Assembly: GCA_019058015.1 (NCBI GenBank)
Contig: JAHLWH010000174.1
Span: 1-46,216 of the forward strand
DNA length: 46,216 bases
Direction of reading: 5' to 3'
From: Promethearchaeota archaeon
Lineage (GTDB): Archaea > Asgardarchaeota > Lokiarchaeia > Sigyniarchaeales > SOKP01
A program made the translations under genes and the position numbers. The first letter of the stretch is position 1. Each line of letters begins with the position of its first letter. The notes under the pieces were generated by a model. It saw only the letters and a list, made by a program, of their open reading frames with translations, made no database searches and was not told the DNA's origin. This document shows, piece after piece, positions 29,334 to 39,305 of the stretch.

Positions 29334-32300
29334 GTAAATCACCAACAGAAATCACAACAAGTTTGAGTCCTTCAGAGAAAGAAGATTTAAATAGATTTGG
29401 AGCCGTTGCTGATATTAATATTTGGAATGAGCGTCCTGCCTTCAAAGACGTGAATAAATTTTTTATTTTTTTAAAAAGAGGTTTTATCATTGGTATATTT
29501 ATGATATTTACTTTATTATTATATTATTGTAGTGGAGCATTGGTAGTTTCATTCTTATTCCCAAGTTTGATAATTATTTCTTTTGTGTTAATATTTTTCC
29601 AAGATATTTTTTATTATTTTCCTAAATTCAGATATTCCGGAATAAAAAGAATTGAATTATTTAAGAATTGCTCATTTAGGATTAAAGATAAGAAATCTGA
29701 CACTTTATTCATTTTCAATAGAAAAGAAAATTTAGTTACTGGTATAAAGTTATTTAAAATAGACATATTACCTGAAACAATTCAAGGAAATGTTTATCGA
29801 TTTTTAAATTCTCTTGATAGAGTAGGAGTTCCTTATGTTTATCAAATAATTCAGACTTCAAATATTCAGTTAATAAAGAGAGCTTCGGACTTTTCTGATA
29901 AAGAAGAAAAATTAAGAATTCGAAATACTCTACAAAATTCTGAGGCGTCTTTTAATACTACTTTATTCTTGGCAACTTCTTATTGTAATATGAATAATAT
30001 AATTTCTGTTGCATTGGATGAAATTCAAAATTCATTAGATCATTACGGGAAAAGCATTATTTCCTCCTTTGTGGCTTTTTTTCCTCATTATCATTTAACA
30101 GAACTAAAAGGATTGGAATTAATAAATGGATTGTATACTTTATTCTTTAAGACAGAAGTTGAACCGAGAGAAGATAATAATAAATCATTTAAAAATAGAA
30201 ATTGTAGGTCTACAATAATCAGAATTGTTTATTTGTTTATTTTTATTAGTTTCGAAGCATTTTTATTACACTCGGTAGGCATTGGTGTTGATTTTAATAT
30301 ATTAATTAATTTAATTGTTTTGATTGGAATTGTATTCATCTACTGGCGAGAAGTATTTAGTTCTTTGACAGACAAATTCATCTTTAGGGATTTTTTTAGA
30401 TTACATCTTTTTAGTGATTATAAATTTTTTATGAGAGCTGGTATTCCAGATTCTGTTTTTGTTTGGAATGAAAAATTGAAATTATTAACCGGGATTAAGC
30501 TATTTACGGTTAGAGATATTATGTCGCGTGGTTATTGTAACCCCGACAAATTCATCAGAGCAATTTCGCCTTTTAAATTGTCTTATTCATATACTACAAT
30601 TCAAGCGCCTCTTTCTCAATTTGATATTGAAAAAGATTATATGAAATACTTTAGAAATAAGATTATTTACAGCATGCAAAAAAATTATAATAATGAGGAG
30701 AAACTTGTAGAATGGCTTTCTATGAGAGCTGGTATTTGGCGATTTATGTTTCTTATTTCTATAAATTCCTACAAATTTACATCCTATGTTTCAAATGAAA
30801 TTATTGATAATTTGGATATGGAATTACAGGAGAAATTTGAGACCATTCACCTTGCGTTTCAGGAAACATATAGTGATTATGTGCCATTAGTATTAAGAAA
30901 TCGAAGATTAATTTTAGGAATTAAAGTAATTCTTTTAAAAAACAAGTTTATCCGTCGTGGAGGATCAAATTTACCTTATTCTCTTATACAAGGTAAAATT
31001 TTGCAAGAAGTTAATAAAATAATGAATGAATTAAAGAAAGGAATTAAAACTCAAGTAGCTGCGGAGTTTAATTCACCCTTAAGCTTAAAAAATGAAATTT
31101 TAATTGGTAATACAATAAATACTGAATTTTTTAGGGAGGAAATACCTTTTGGTTTATTATTTAATCAGATTAATAACTTAATCATTAGTGGTGGAACTCA
31201 CAGACAAAGAGAAGATATTAGTTTGAAAATAATAATAGAATTGGTTAAAAACAAAATACCTTCAATTATATTTGATTTTAATGGAAAATATAGTAGGCTT
31301 ATTGATATTTTCTCTAAGACACAATTTTATCATGATTTCTATTATTTTAAACTAGGTCAAAGTTTTAATATCGAGTTATTGAATTCGGGAATAAAAAATG
31401 ACCCCAATAATTTAGAATATTTGGACTATATCTGTGAAGTGATCGGTTGTGTAAGAAAATTAAATGATAAAGAAATACAAACGGTTAGGGATTTGATATC
31501 AAAAGTCCCAATGGATTCTAAATCAATAACTATGGATATGGAAATGGAAGATAAGTGTAAAAAAAATAAAAATTATAATGAAAAGTATATTGCCTCAATA
31601 TTTAATGACTATACTCATCAAACTAAAAATACAATCAGTGCGATAGGTATTGTGGAGGGTAATATTAATTCAAATGATTTTCTAAAAGATGCTAAAACTG
31701 TTATTATTGATATGAGTATTTTACGCCCCCCATTTAATTTATTTGCAATGTTTGTGTTAATCTCAAGAATAATTCATTATACTCATGAGGGGGGAGATTA
31801 TATTCCTAAGTTGTTAGCAATGCCTAACGTTGAATATTTTTTCGATAAATTTTATCTTGATAAATTTGTTAAGCCTTATACAATTGATAGATTCCTTGAT
31901 CCATTGAAAGAAAAAGGATTTGGATTTATGTTCTTAGTTAATGAAGTAAATAAATTACATCCAACATCTTTTGATTATATTCAAAATTTTATGGCTCTAA
32001 AAACGGTGCAACCGGCAGACTTAATGGTTTTAAAAAACCTTCTTAACTTGCAAGAAATAGGTCAAGGATATTATACAAAATCACGAAAAAATACATATCA
32101 TATAGATTTTTTGAAACAATTAAGGGATAATAATGCTATAGTTTCAAGAGATGATATTTACCAACCCTTTCCCGTTAAAATCGATATTGATTCCCTTACG
32201 GCGATAGCCGCTCCAAAGTATTCGGAATTAAGTGAATATATGAAAAGATTTGGGTATAATTTTCAGAAGACGGAAGAACAAATTTTAAATTCGGTGAAAA

Positions 32301-33184
32301 AAACGATATTTGAAAAAGATTTCCACGAATATCTTTTTCTTTTAGATGATATTATCAATTTTCTTAGAGCCTTAAATCGAATAGACACAATTGGTAATAT
32401 TTATGAGTATAAAGTTAAAGAACAACTTTTTAAGTTTATACACAAAAAATTAGTAGCTAAAGGCTACAAGAGAAAACAAATTAGTAAAATTAGAGATAAT
32501 TTGTTTAATCTATTAATTTCCCATCAATATTTGGTTGAAAATCACCCAAGAGAAGCTGGTGGCTCTCAATCGATGAGGACATCGTATTCGGTTGGACATC
32601 AATTTGTGAAAGCATTGGATGATCATTATAAAACACAAGAATCTTTCGATCACCAGGTTGATTTACAACCTATTGAAGATGAAAAAATTGAAGTAAATAA
32701 AATTATCCCTAAAAAGGAAGAGATTTTTGAATATTTCGTTCCACCAGATAGTGAACAGAATAAGCAACAAGTGATAATAAATACTAACAAAAAGATTAGT
32801 AATTGTAAAAATATCTTGGCAAGTCTTATAGGAGCATTTTTAGTTAATGGAACTATAAGGGCTGGTAAAGAATTAAATAGAAATCATTATAAAGATACAA
32901 TTTTAAAAGTGAGAAATGTATTATCTAAATTTTTATATAAATTATATGATTTTAAATTTGATGAAAAAAGTAATGTAAAAATCCACAGTGATGTACTATT
33001 AGAAGCGGTAGATTTTATTGCTGAATCTAATATCATTCCTTTCAAAGGGCAAGAATTATATGACATTCTCAAAAAGATTAATATTATTGAAATTAAAAGT
33101 GGAGAGTTAGAAAATACTGCAAAAAATCATTATGAAATGCTTTATGATTTTACACAAAAAATTTTGATAGGGGTCTTAGATTAG
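29330..33184 (+). CDS. Membrane-anchored HerA/FtsK/VirB4-superfamily protein with degenerate ATPase motifs (operon gene 4)
   Basis: ATGA overlap with gene 3. HerA-like landmarks appear in order: ILIGNTIN, NLIISGG, SIIFDFNGKY, FNIELL, TVIIDMS, KGFGFMFLVNE, NFMALK, DFLKQLRDNNAIV...PFPVKI. Confidence 0.75.
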   Translation: MSKSPTEITTSLSPSEKEDLNRFGAVADINIWNERPAFKDVNKFFIFLKRGFIIGIFMIFTLLLYYCSGALVVSFLFPSLIIISFVLIFFQDIFYYFPKFRYSGIKRIELFKNCSFRIKDKKSDTLFIFNRKENLVTGIKLFKIDILPETIQGNVYRFLNSLDRVGVPYVYQIIQTSNIQLIKRASDFSDKEEKLRIRNTLQNSEASFNTTLFLATSYCNMNNIISVALDEIQNSLDHYGKSIISSFVAFFPHYHLTELKGLELINGLYTLFFKTEVEPREDNNKSFKNRNCRSTIIRIVYLFIFISFEAFLLHSVGIGVDFNILINLIVLIGIVFIYWREVFSSLTDKFIFRDFFRLHLFSDYKFFMRAGIPDSVFVWNEKLKLLTGIKLFTVRDIMSRGYCNPDKFIRAISPFKLSYSYTTIQAPLSQFDIEKDYMKYFRNKIIYSMQKNYNNEEKLVEWLSMRAGIWRFMFLISINSYKFTSYVSNEIIDNLDMELQEKFETIHLAFQETYSDYVPLVLRNRRLILGIKVILLKNKFIRRGGSNLPYSLIQGKILQEVNKIMNELKKGIKTQVAAEFNSPLSLKNEILIGNTINTEFFREEIPFGLLFNQINNLIISGGTHRQREDISLKIIIELVKNKIPSIIFDFNGKYSRLIDIFSKTQFYHDFYYFKLGQSFNIELLNSGIKNDPNNLEYLDYICEVIGCVRKLNDKEIQTVRDLISKVPMDSKSITMDMEMEDKCKKNKNYNEKYIASIFNDYTHQTKNTISAIGIVEGNINSNDFLKDAKTVIIDMSILRPPFNLFAMFVLISRIIHYTHEGGDYIPKLLAMPNVEYFFDKFYLDKFVKPYTIDRFLDPLKEKGFGFMFLVNEVNKLHPTSFDYIQNFMALKTVQPADLMVLKNLLNLQEIGQGYYTKSRKNTYHIDFLKQLRDNNAIVSRDDIYQPFPVKIDIDSLTAIAAPKYSELSEYMKRFGYNFQKTEEQILNSVKKTIFEKDFHEYLFLLDDIINFLRALNRIDTIGNIYEYKVKEQLFKFIHKKLVAKGYKRKQISKIRDNLFNLLISHQYLVENHPREAGGSQSMRTSYSVGHQFVKALDDHYKTQESFDHQVDLQPIEDEKIEVNKIIPKKEEIFEYFVPPDSEQNKQQVIINTNKKISNCKNILASLIGAFLVNGTIRAGKELNRNHYKDTILKVRNVLSKFLYKLYDFKFDEKSNVKIHSDVLLEAVDFIAESNIIPFKGQELYDILKKINIIEIKSGELENTAKNHYEMLYDFTQKILIGVLD

Positions 33185-33278
33185 ATGATCTATTTTTACT
33201 ACTACTCCTAAACGTCAATTACGGCTACAGAGTTTTAAAAAAAAGAGATTAATTGAATTTTTATTTTTAAGATTTTTC

Positions 33279-33593
33279 TTATTCTTTTATTTTTTTACCA
33301 AGTTTCATAATAATTGGAAGCATTTTAGTCAATTCCATAGCAGGCGTAGTTTTTATGAATTTAAAAACACCCGGTTTGGCGAGTCTCCAAACTGCTGTGC
33401 CTTGTACCATTTGTTCTTCAGTGTCCGCTTCTGTTATTGATATGCCCCAATAATCAGAGGTGCTGATATACCAAGCAATTGTCTTTGTGCCTTCAACTGG
33501 ATACAGTTTCTTGCTAATAATCATTTGCGCCATCTCCGATAATTCTGATGGATCAAAATCTGGATTTAACTCCCAATATGAAATAAATATCAT
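33279..33593 (-). CDS. DUF3303-like small alpha/beta protein
   Basis: MIFISYWE...EGTKTIAWY...WGISITEADT...TTPAM pattern. Confidence 0.65.
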   Translation of the reverse strand: MIFISYWELNPDFDPSELSEMAQMIISKKLYPVEGTKTIAWYISTSDYWGISITEADTEEQMVQGTAVWRLAKPGVFKFIKTTPAMELTKMLPIIMKLGKKIKE

Positions 33594-33874
33594 TCTTTTT
33601 TACCACCTTTTTTATTTTAATTGGATTCAATAAAGGTATAGTTTTCAAAACTATATAACATTTTTTCCTTCTATTTTTGATTATTTAATATTGCTATTAT
33701 AAATTATTAATTATTTTAGGAGGATTATCAGTTATGTGATGATCTAATTACATTTTAAAAAATTGATATAAAATTATCAAGCATATTTTTTTAAATACAA
33801 AAAGAGAGTAATAATCGTAAAGAAAATTTCATTTTAAAAATTCTAATAAAAAAAATTAATTAAAGTGAGAAGTA

Positions 33875-34309
33875 ATGAGAATTAAAAAAAATCAGATGAA
33901 TTATTATTTCTTAATTACACTTGGATTAAATCTTACTTCTATTGTGATGGGAATTCTCTATTTCGTGATTGGACCTGATTTAATATTTGGATTTTTATTT
34001 AGTATTATCTTAGTCATCTCATGGTTTCTTGACATCGGTCTAGTTTTATTAAATGATTTCAAACTCGCAAAAAACAATGCAACTGGAAAAATTCTTAATC
34101 GACTTGGTTATAGTTTTGTTATTTTCCAGATATTTGGGGCGGTTTGCATGGTGGGTGGACTCTTCTTTTTGAATGCAGATTGGACATCGCCTTTAGTTCA
34201 ATATTCATTGATATGTATTGGCTTTTTTGGCTTTTTTCTTTTTGGCAGCATCTTGGCTTACTTGAATATAAAGAAATTAGATATTCGGGAGGCATGGAAC
34301 TTTGAATAA
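33875..34309 (+). CDS. 4-TM membrane protein coupled to the downstream hydrolase
   Basis: Four hydrophobic helices. Overlaps the next gene by 8 nt. Confidence 0.8.
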   Translation: MRIKKNQMNYYFLITLGLNLTSIVMGILYFVIGPDLIFGFLFSIILVISWFLDIGLVLLNDFKLAKNNATGKILNRLGYSFVIFQIFGAVCMVGGLFFLNADWTSPLVQYSLICIGFFGFFLFGSILAYLNIKKLDIREAWNFE

Positions 34310-35573
34310 ACTCAAGATCTTCAAGCTATTATTGATAATTTTTTGTATCATAATCTTAGTTTGGGGTTGCTTGTGGATATATTTATTATTTGTCGGAGGT
34401 GGGCAGTTACGGGGTGTTATGATATTACTAGAGGAATTTGTCGCGCAAAGTGCGACTTTAATGGTTGGTCTTTGCGTTTCAGCCACAATTTTATTGTTGA
34501 AACTCTTTTCTTCTAAAAGAATCCGTCATCCAAAACAATATTATACTCTCGCTATTATTGGTTTTACAATTGCTGGTTTGAATTCTATTTCCTTACTAGC
34601 CACCCCCTTCACAATATTGCATGCCAATGCTGAATTCGATGAAGTTTTTGGACCTAATTGGGAAAGTACCATCCCTGAAGATGTTAAACAACATTTCCTC
34701 CAGACACCTTATATTCTGCCTGCGCATATTCTAACAATTCCCGAAAAACCAATTCATGTAGAAAAAGATGTTCTATTTTATGAAGGTGAAAATATCACAC
34801 TGTTCTTTGATGTATATATGTCTGCTCAATCATCCTCACAATTGCCTGGTAATGGGAGTGTCATTATCAATCTACACCCAGGTGCTTGGGTTTCTGGGGG
34901 AAAAGGTACTTGGAATATGATTTCAACTAGTAAATATTTGGCAGGTCAAGGTTATGTTGTATTTGACATTGAGTACGGATTGATCGAGGGTTTCCATTAT
35001 TATGCTCAAGCTCCCGATACACCCGAGCATGTGATGGGTAATTTCACTATAGAAGATCAGATTCGACATATAGGTATCTTCACGAAGCTACTTGAGACTA
35101 ACTTTTCGATGACATATGGGGCAAATTTGGATTCCGTTTATTTTATGGGTCGATCAGCTGGAGCACATCTTGCAGGTGTAATGGGATTAGGATGTAATGA
35201 AGAATATCATAATGGTACGTTTAGTCCTAACTTGAATGTGAAGGGGATAATTCCTCTGTATTCTCCTTCAGCAGCTCCAGAAATATTCTTAAAAGAAAAT
35301 AAAACTACAAATCCCGAGATGTACGATGCTTACGACCTTACTAAGCTTGCTGACCCCCAAGACCCACCTGCACTTTTCTTTCAAGGAACAAGTGATGGTC
35401 AAGTATCGATCACAAGGGTTGAAACTTTAGTATCAGAGATGGAATTGAAAGGGGTTAAATGCTGTCTTTTAATATTCCCATTCGCAGGACATGCTAATGA
35501 TTTCGTTTTAAGTACGAACATTGGTCAAGTATGGGTTTATTACTTAGAACGTTTTCTATATTTAACACAATAA
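34302..35573 (+). CDS. Membrane-anchored alpha/beta hydrolase (esterase/lipase, HSL-like)
   Basis: Three N-terminal TM, oxyanion LHPGAW, nucleophile GRSAG, Asp in QGTSD, His in AGHA. Confidence 0.9.
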   Translation: MNKLKIFKLLLIIFCIIILVWGCLWIYLLFVGGGQLRGVMILLEEFVAQSATLMVGLCVSATILLLKLFSSKRIRHPKQYYTLAIIGFTIAGLNSISLLATPFTILHANAEFDEVFGPNWESTIPEDVKQHFLQTPYILPAHILTIPEKPIHVEKDVLFYEGENITLFFDVYMSAQSSSQLPGNGSVIINLHPGAWVSGGKGTWNMISTSKYLAGQGYVVFDIEYGLIEGFHYYAQAPDTPEHVMGNFTIEDQIRHIGIFTKLLETNFSMTYGANLDSVYFMGRSAGAHLAGVMGLGCNEEYHNGTFSPNLNVKGIIPLYSPSAAPEIFLKENKTTNPEMYDAYDLTKLADPQDPPALFFQGTSDGQVSITRVETLVSEMELKGVKCCLLIFPFAGHANDFVLSTNIGQVWVYYLERFLYLTQ

Positions 35574-35836
35574 TTTACTTCGAGATATCTTATATCCACA
35601 ATGATAAAGAATATGGATTTGAATCAACATAATTTAAATACCTTCCCTTTTTTTTAATTTCTATTTTTAATATAAATTCATTTTATTTTCTGGTTAATAA
35701 CCGAGTTAAAATGGAGGATCTATCAAAATATATTGTAAATAATAAATCATTAAGCCGGGAGTCTTTTTTTATTTAAATAGTTTCTTTCTAAATTGACGAT
35801 AACTTAATCCCAAAAATACAAAATAATTTTATAAAA

Positions 35837-36229
35837 ATGGAAGCAGAATCGAGAGCAAACAGAAAATTTGGTTCCATGAACCTCTTTTTGGATGAAGATT
35901 TCATCAATACATTTAAGTGGAAGCAACCAAAATGGGATGAGTTTGAATATCAAATTTTTAAAAGGCATTATGCTCATTATATAGAAGAAGAAGAGCGCAC
36001 AGAAGAATTTTGGGAAACCTTAAAAAGAGTGATTGAAGGCTGTTTTAGTATTCAAAAGGAACATTGTATGAATTTAGGAATACCATGGGATGAACAAGAC
36101 GCTCAAAGATCAGGCCAATTAATGTTCCAAAAAATGTGGCATTTTAAATTTCTAGATCCTGGTAGATATATGCTAAAATTTTCTGAAACTCTTTTAAAAT
36201 ATTCTAACTCAGTTAAGAAATGTAGATAA
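35837..36229 (+). CDS. Stand-alone N-terminal fragment of a class II (B12-dependent) ribonucleotide reductase; possibly a pseudogene
   Basis: YQIFKRHY...RTEEFWETLKRVIEGCFSIQKEHC...W....AQRSGQLMFQKMWHFKFLDPGR matches the monomeric NrdJ N-terminus, then the ORF ends. Confidence 0.75.
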   Translation: MEAESRANRKFGSMNLFLDEDFINTFKWKQPKWDEFEYQIFKRHYAHYIEEEERTEEFWETLKRVIEGCFSIQKEHCMNLGIPWDEQDAQRSGQLMFQKMWHFKFLDPGRYMLKFSETLLKYSNSVKKCR

Positions 36230-36268
36230 TAACTTTAAAAAAAAGTTTATTATTTCAGCGCAATTTGT

Positions 36269-36529
36269 TCAAGTAATTCCTGCACCAAATAATTTCTGAG
36301 ATTCTAATAATTTATTTTCGTACTGTTTTGATTTAATCATAGCCCGAAACAATGAAATATCTAATTTTAATTCAAAAATTTCATGTTTACTAACAAAATC
36401 TTCCAATTTATCCAATAACCAGTTTGATTCGATTATTTGATTTTTACTAAGGTATATGTTTACAATTTCCAACAAATTTTTTATTCGTTTTATTTGACTT
36501 TTTTTGGTTTTCTTCATATCTATTCTCAA
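36269..36529 (-). CDS. Small helical hypothetical protein
   Basis: 86-aa ORF with a TATA-like element at about 36580-36593 on the minus strand. Confidence 0.55.
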   Translation of the reverse strand: MRIDMKKTKKSQIKRIKNLLEIVNIYLSKNQIIESNWLLDKLEDFVSKHEIFELKLDISLFRAMIKSKQYENKLLESQKLFGAGIT

Positions 36530-36656
36530 AATTAAATAATTTAATTTATTTTATTATTTGCAAAATTATAGAGCGAAGCTATATAAATAAAAAGGACACG
36601 TATTAGCGTTCTTTACAAAAATTTTTTTTTAAATATATTTATTTTAGACAAGAAGT

Positions 36657-36881
36657 ATGGCACAAATAACTTCGATAATTTTAATAATAATTGCATCTTT
36701 GGTAATTGGATATATATTTTTCTTTATCAAAAATGTTATATCATTTTATATAAATTCAAATTACAACTCCTTGATTTTTTACAGAGAGTTTTTTTTTCTT
36801 TATATAAATCATTTTTATTTTATTTTTATAGATAAGAGATATCAAATATTGTATTATGAAAGAAACAATAAGAAATATTAA
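36657..36881 (+). CDS. Small hydrophobic hypothetical protein
   Basis: ATG lies 21 nt after TTTAAATA (36628-36635). N-terminal TM. Low-complexity sequence. Confidence 0.4.
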   Translation: MAQITSIILIIIASLVIGYIFFFIKNVISFYINSNYNSLIFYREFFFLYINHFYFIFIDKRYQILYYERNNKKY

Positions 36882-37230
36882 AAATATATCAGCATATACA
36901 GCAAACACTCAATTAAATACTTTAAATTTCATCGTAGAATCCATAAAAGATATTATTTTTGACACTCAATATTTAGCAATATTAAAAGAGACAATTTTAA
37001 AATTAATTGATGGGCAAATTGAACAAAAGGACTTAAAAAAATTGATAATTGAGCATGGAGTTAGTTCGGTGGAAGATATTAAAAAATTGATTGAATTATA
37101 TACTGAAATAGAGATTAAAAGAATTATTAAAAGGGTTGAAGCACAAAAAGATAAAATTAAAAAATATAATCAATTGCTTTCAAAAATTGCTCCTAGAGTA
37201 GAAAAAATTTATAACAAATTGAGTTTATAA
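36856..37230 (+). CDS. Hypothetical helical/coiled-coil protein upstream of hef
   Basis: 124 aa, ending 7 nt before the helicase start. Confidence 0.7.
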   Translation: MKETIRNIKNISAYTANTQLNTLNFIVESIKDIIFDTQYLAILKETILKLIDGQIEQKDLKKLIIEHGVSSVEDIKKLIELYTEIEIKRIIKRVEAQKDKIKKYNQLLSKIAPRVEKIYNKLSL

Positions 37231-37237
37231 AGAGTGA

Positions 37238-39295
37238 GTGAAAATTAGCAATTCAAGGACTTTAAAAAATGAAGAGAATAATCTATTTAAATTCAATTTT
37301 CTTAAAAACGAGAAAATTGATCATAGAGAGTATCAAATAAATATTGCTAAGAAATGTTTTGGTAATAATTCCTTAGTTGTGATTCCAACTGGATTAGGGA
37401 AAACGATAATATCTATAATTGTTGCAGCTCATACTCTTGAGAATTCTCCACCACATTGTAAAGTGATAATTTTAGCACCAACACGTCCTTTGATTAACCA
37501 ACATCGTGAAAACTTCTTAAAATTCATGAATATTCCCAGTGAAAAATTCAGTATTTTAACTGGACAGATTGAACCAAATAAAAGAACATATGAATTTATG
37601 AATAATCAGGTCTTATTTTATACTCCTCAAACATTAAGGAATGACATCTTAAATAACAGATATTCTTTAATGAATGTTTGTTTAGTTATATTCGATGAGG
37701 CCCATAGAGCCCAAGGAGATTATGCTTATTGTCAAATTGCCGATGAATATATTGAGCATAATAATGATGGAATTATACTTGGTCTTACTGCCTCTCCTGG
37801 ATCAAATAAAGAAAAGATTTCTATTTTATGTAAGAATTTACACATTCCCTTAAACAACATTTATCTAAGAACACGTAAAGATAATGATGTAAAAGATTAC
37901 ATCCAGCCAATGAAAATTTGGAAAGTTGGTGTTGATATGACAGATTTAATGAGATTAGTTCATTCAGCTTTAAAAAATATGATTCAAGAAAGATTAAATT
38001 ATCTAAATTCTCTTGGATTTCTCGATTCTAATAAGGGACAATTGGAAAATATCTATAAGAAAGATTTAATAAGATTAAATAGAGAACTTTTAGAAATAAT
38101 TAATGGAGATAGAAGTAAAACAGGTGTTTATAAAGCATTATCGATTAATGCACAAATACTTAGGCTGTTTCATATGTTAAGCTTAGTTGAAAGTCAAGGA
38201 CTTGATTCATTATTATCTTATTTAAAATCTATGAAAAATCAATCTTCAAAAAAAAATGCCTCTAAAGCGTTAATTAGTTTAGCGAATGATTATGAAATCA
38301 ATAAAATCTTCAATGAACTTCAACAATATAATGAAATAGATGAACTACTATTAATCCATCCAAAATTTAATATTTGTAAACAAATAATCCTAAAGGAGCT
38401 GAAGGTAAATCCTGATACAAGAATTATAATATTTTCAAAACTAAGAGATTCAGTAGCAACTATCACTTCTAAATTAAAAAAAAATAGTTTAATAAGACCA
38501 AAAAGATTTGTGGGACAAGCAACTAAATCAAGTCAAGATAAAGGACTTTCTCAGAAAAAACAGATAGAAATTCTTAATGATTTTAAAGAAGGGAAATATA
38601 ATGTTTTAATTTCTACAAATGTCGCAGAAGAGGGGCTTGATATTGCAGAATGTGATCTTGTTATATTTTATGATGTTGTTGCTTCAGAAATTAGACTTAT
38701 ACAGCGTAAAGGGCGAACAGCTAGAATTCGTGAGGGTAAAGTAGTTATCCTTTATTGTAGAGGAACTTCAGATGAGATATATTTACATATTTCTTTAAAT
38801 AGACTTAAAAAAATGCATGAATTATTAAAAACCCCGAAAAAAATCCCTGAAATTATTAAACCAAAAAAAAAAAATGATAATTTAGATAAGTATCTTTCTC
38901 CTATTGTAAAATTAAGTAAAAATATTCCTTTATTTTTTGGAATTCGACAATTTCTGAGAAATTCCGGCATTATGTTTCAGATATCTTCCTGCCAATATCA
39001 CATTCATATTGGAAAAAAATTAGGGATTCATATTTTTCCAGCAAGAAAGATTACTAAATTGAACAGTGAAGGTCTTCTTAAAGACTGGATTCATGAATTT
39101 CAAAGCAAGTTCGATCTAGCTGTGATAATTGCAGAATTTCTTGATTTCGAATCGATGTTTGAAGAAGACCTAAATCTCGTAAGACATAAGATTTCTAGAA
39201 TTGGAGATGGTTATGAAATCCCAGTAATTTTTATCGGTAAACAAGAAGAACTTCAAAAGATTTTAAAAGGTTTTTTCGATAAGATTCTAAAATAA
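37238..39295 (+). CDS. hef: Hef/FANCM (MPH1)-family SF2 helicase with a degenerate C-terminal ERCC4-like domain
   Basis: REYQ, PTGLGKT, LAPTRPLINQH, DEAHRA.G.YAY, LTASPG, HPK, FVGQA...GLSQKKQ, STNVAEEGLDI, IQRKGRTAR. Confidence 0.92.
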   Translation: MKISNSRTLKNEENNLFKFNFLKNEKIDHREYQINIAKKCFGNNSLVVIPTGLGKTIISIIVAAHTLENSPPHCKVIILAPTRPLINQHRENFLKFMNIPSEKFSILTGQIEPNKRTYEFMNNQVLFYTPQTLRNDILNNRYSLMNVCLVIFDEAHRAQGDYAYCQIADEYIEHNNDGIILGLTASPGSNKEKISILCKNLHIPLNNIYLRTRKDNDVKDYIQPMKIWKVGVDMTDLMRLVHSALKNMIQERLNYLNSLGFLDSNKGQLENIYKKDLIRLNRELLEIINGDRSKTGVYKALSINAQILRLFHMLSLVESQGLDSLLSYLKSMKNQSSKKNASKALISLANDYEINKIFNELQQYNEIDELLLIHPKFNICKQIILKELKVNPDTRIIIFSKLRDSVATITSKLKKNSLIRPKRFVGQATKSSQDKGLSQKKQIEILNDFKEGKYNVLISTNVAEEGLDIAECDLVIFYDVVASEIRLIQRKGRTARIREGKVVILYCRGTSDEIYLHISLNRLKKMHELLKTPKKIPEIIKPKKKNDNLDKYLSPIVKLSKNIPLFFGIRQFLRNSGIMFQISSCQYHIHIGKKLGIHIFPARKITKLNSEGLLKDWIHEFQSKFDLAVIIAEFLDFESMFEEDLNLVRHKISRIGDGYEIPVIFIGKQEELQKILKGFFDKILK

Positions 39296-39305
39296 AAATA
39301 AAAAT

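Noticed and set aside
25337-33184. Integrated conjugative element or provirus
   Set aside because: There is no integrase, relaxase, capsid, att/tRNA boundary or obvious compositional shift, and the flanks are cellular genes.
29330-33184. Canonical HerA of the herA-mre11-rad50-nurA operon
   Set aside because: It has TM segments instead of a HAS barrel and degenerate Walker motifs, and no nurA, mre11 or rad50 is nearby.
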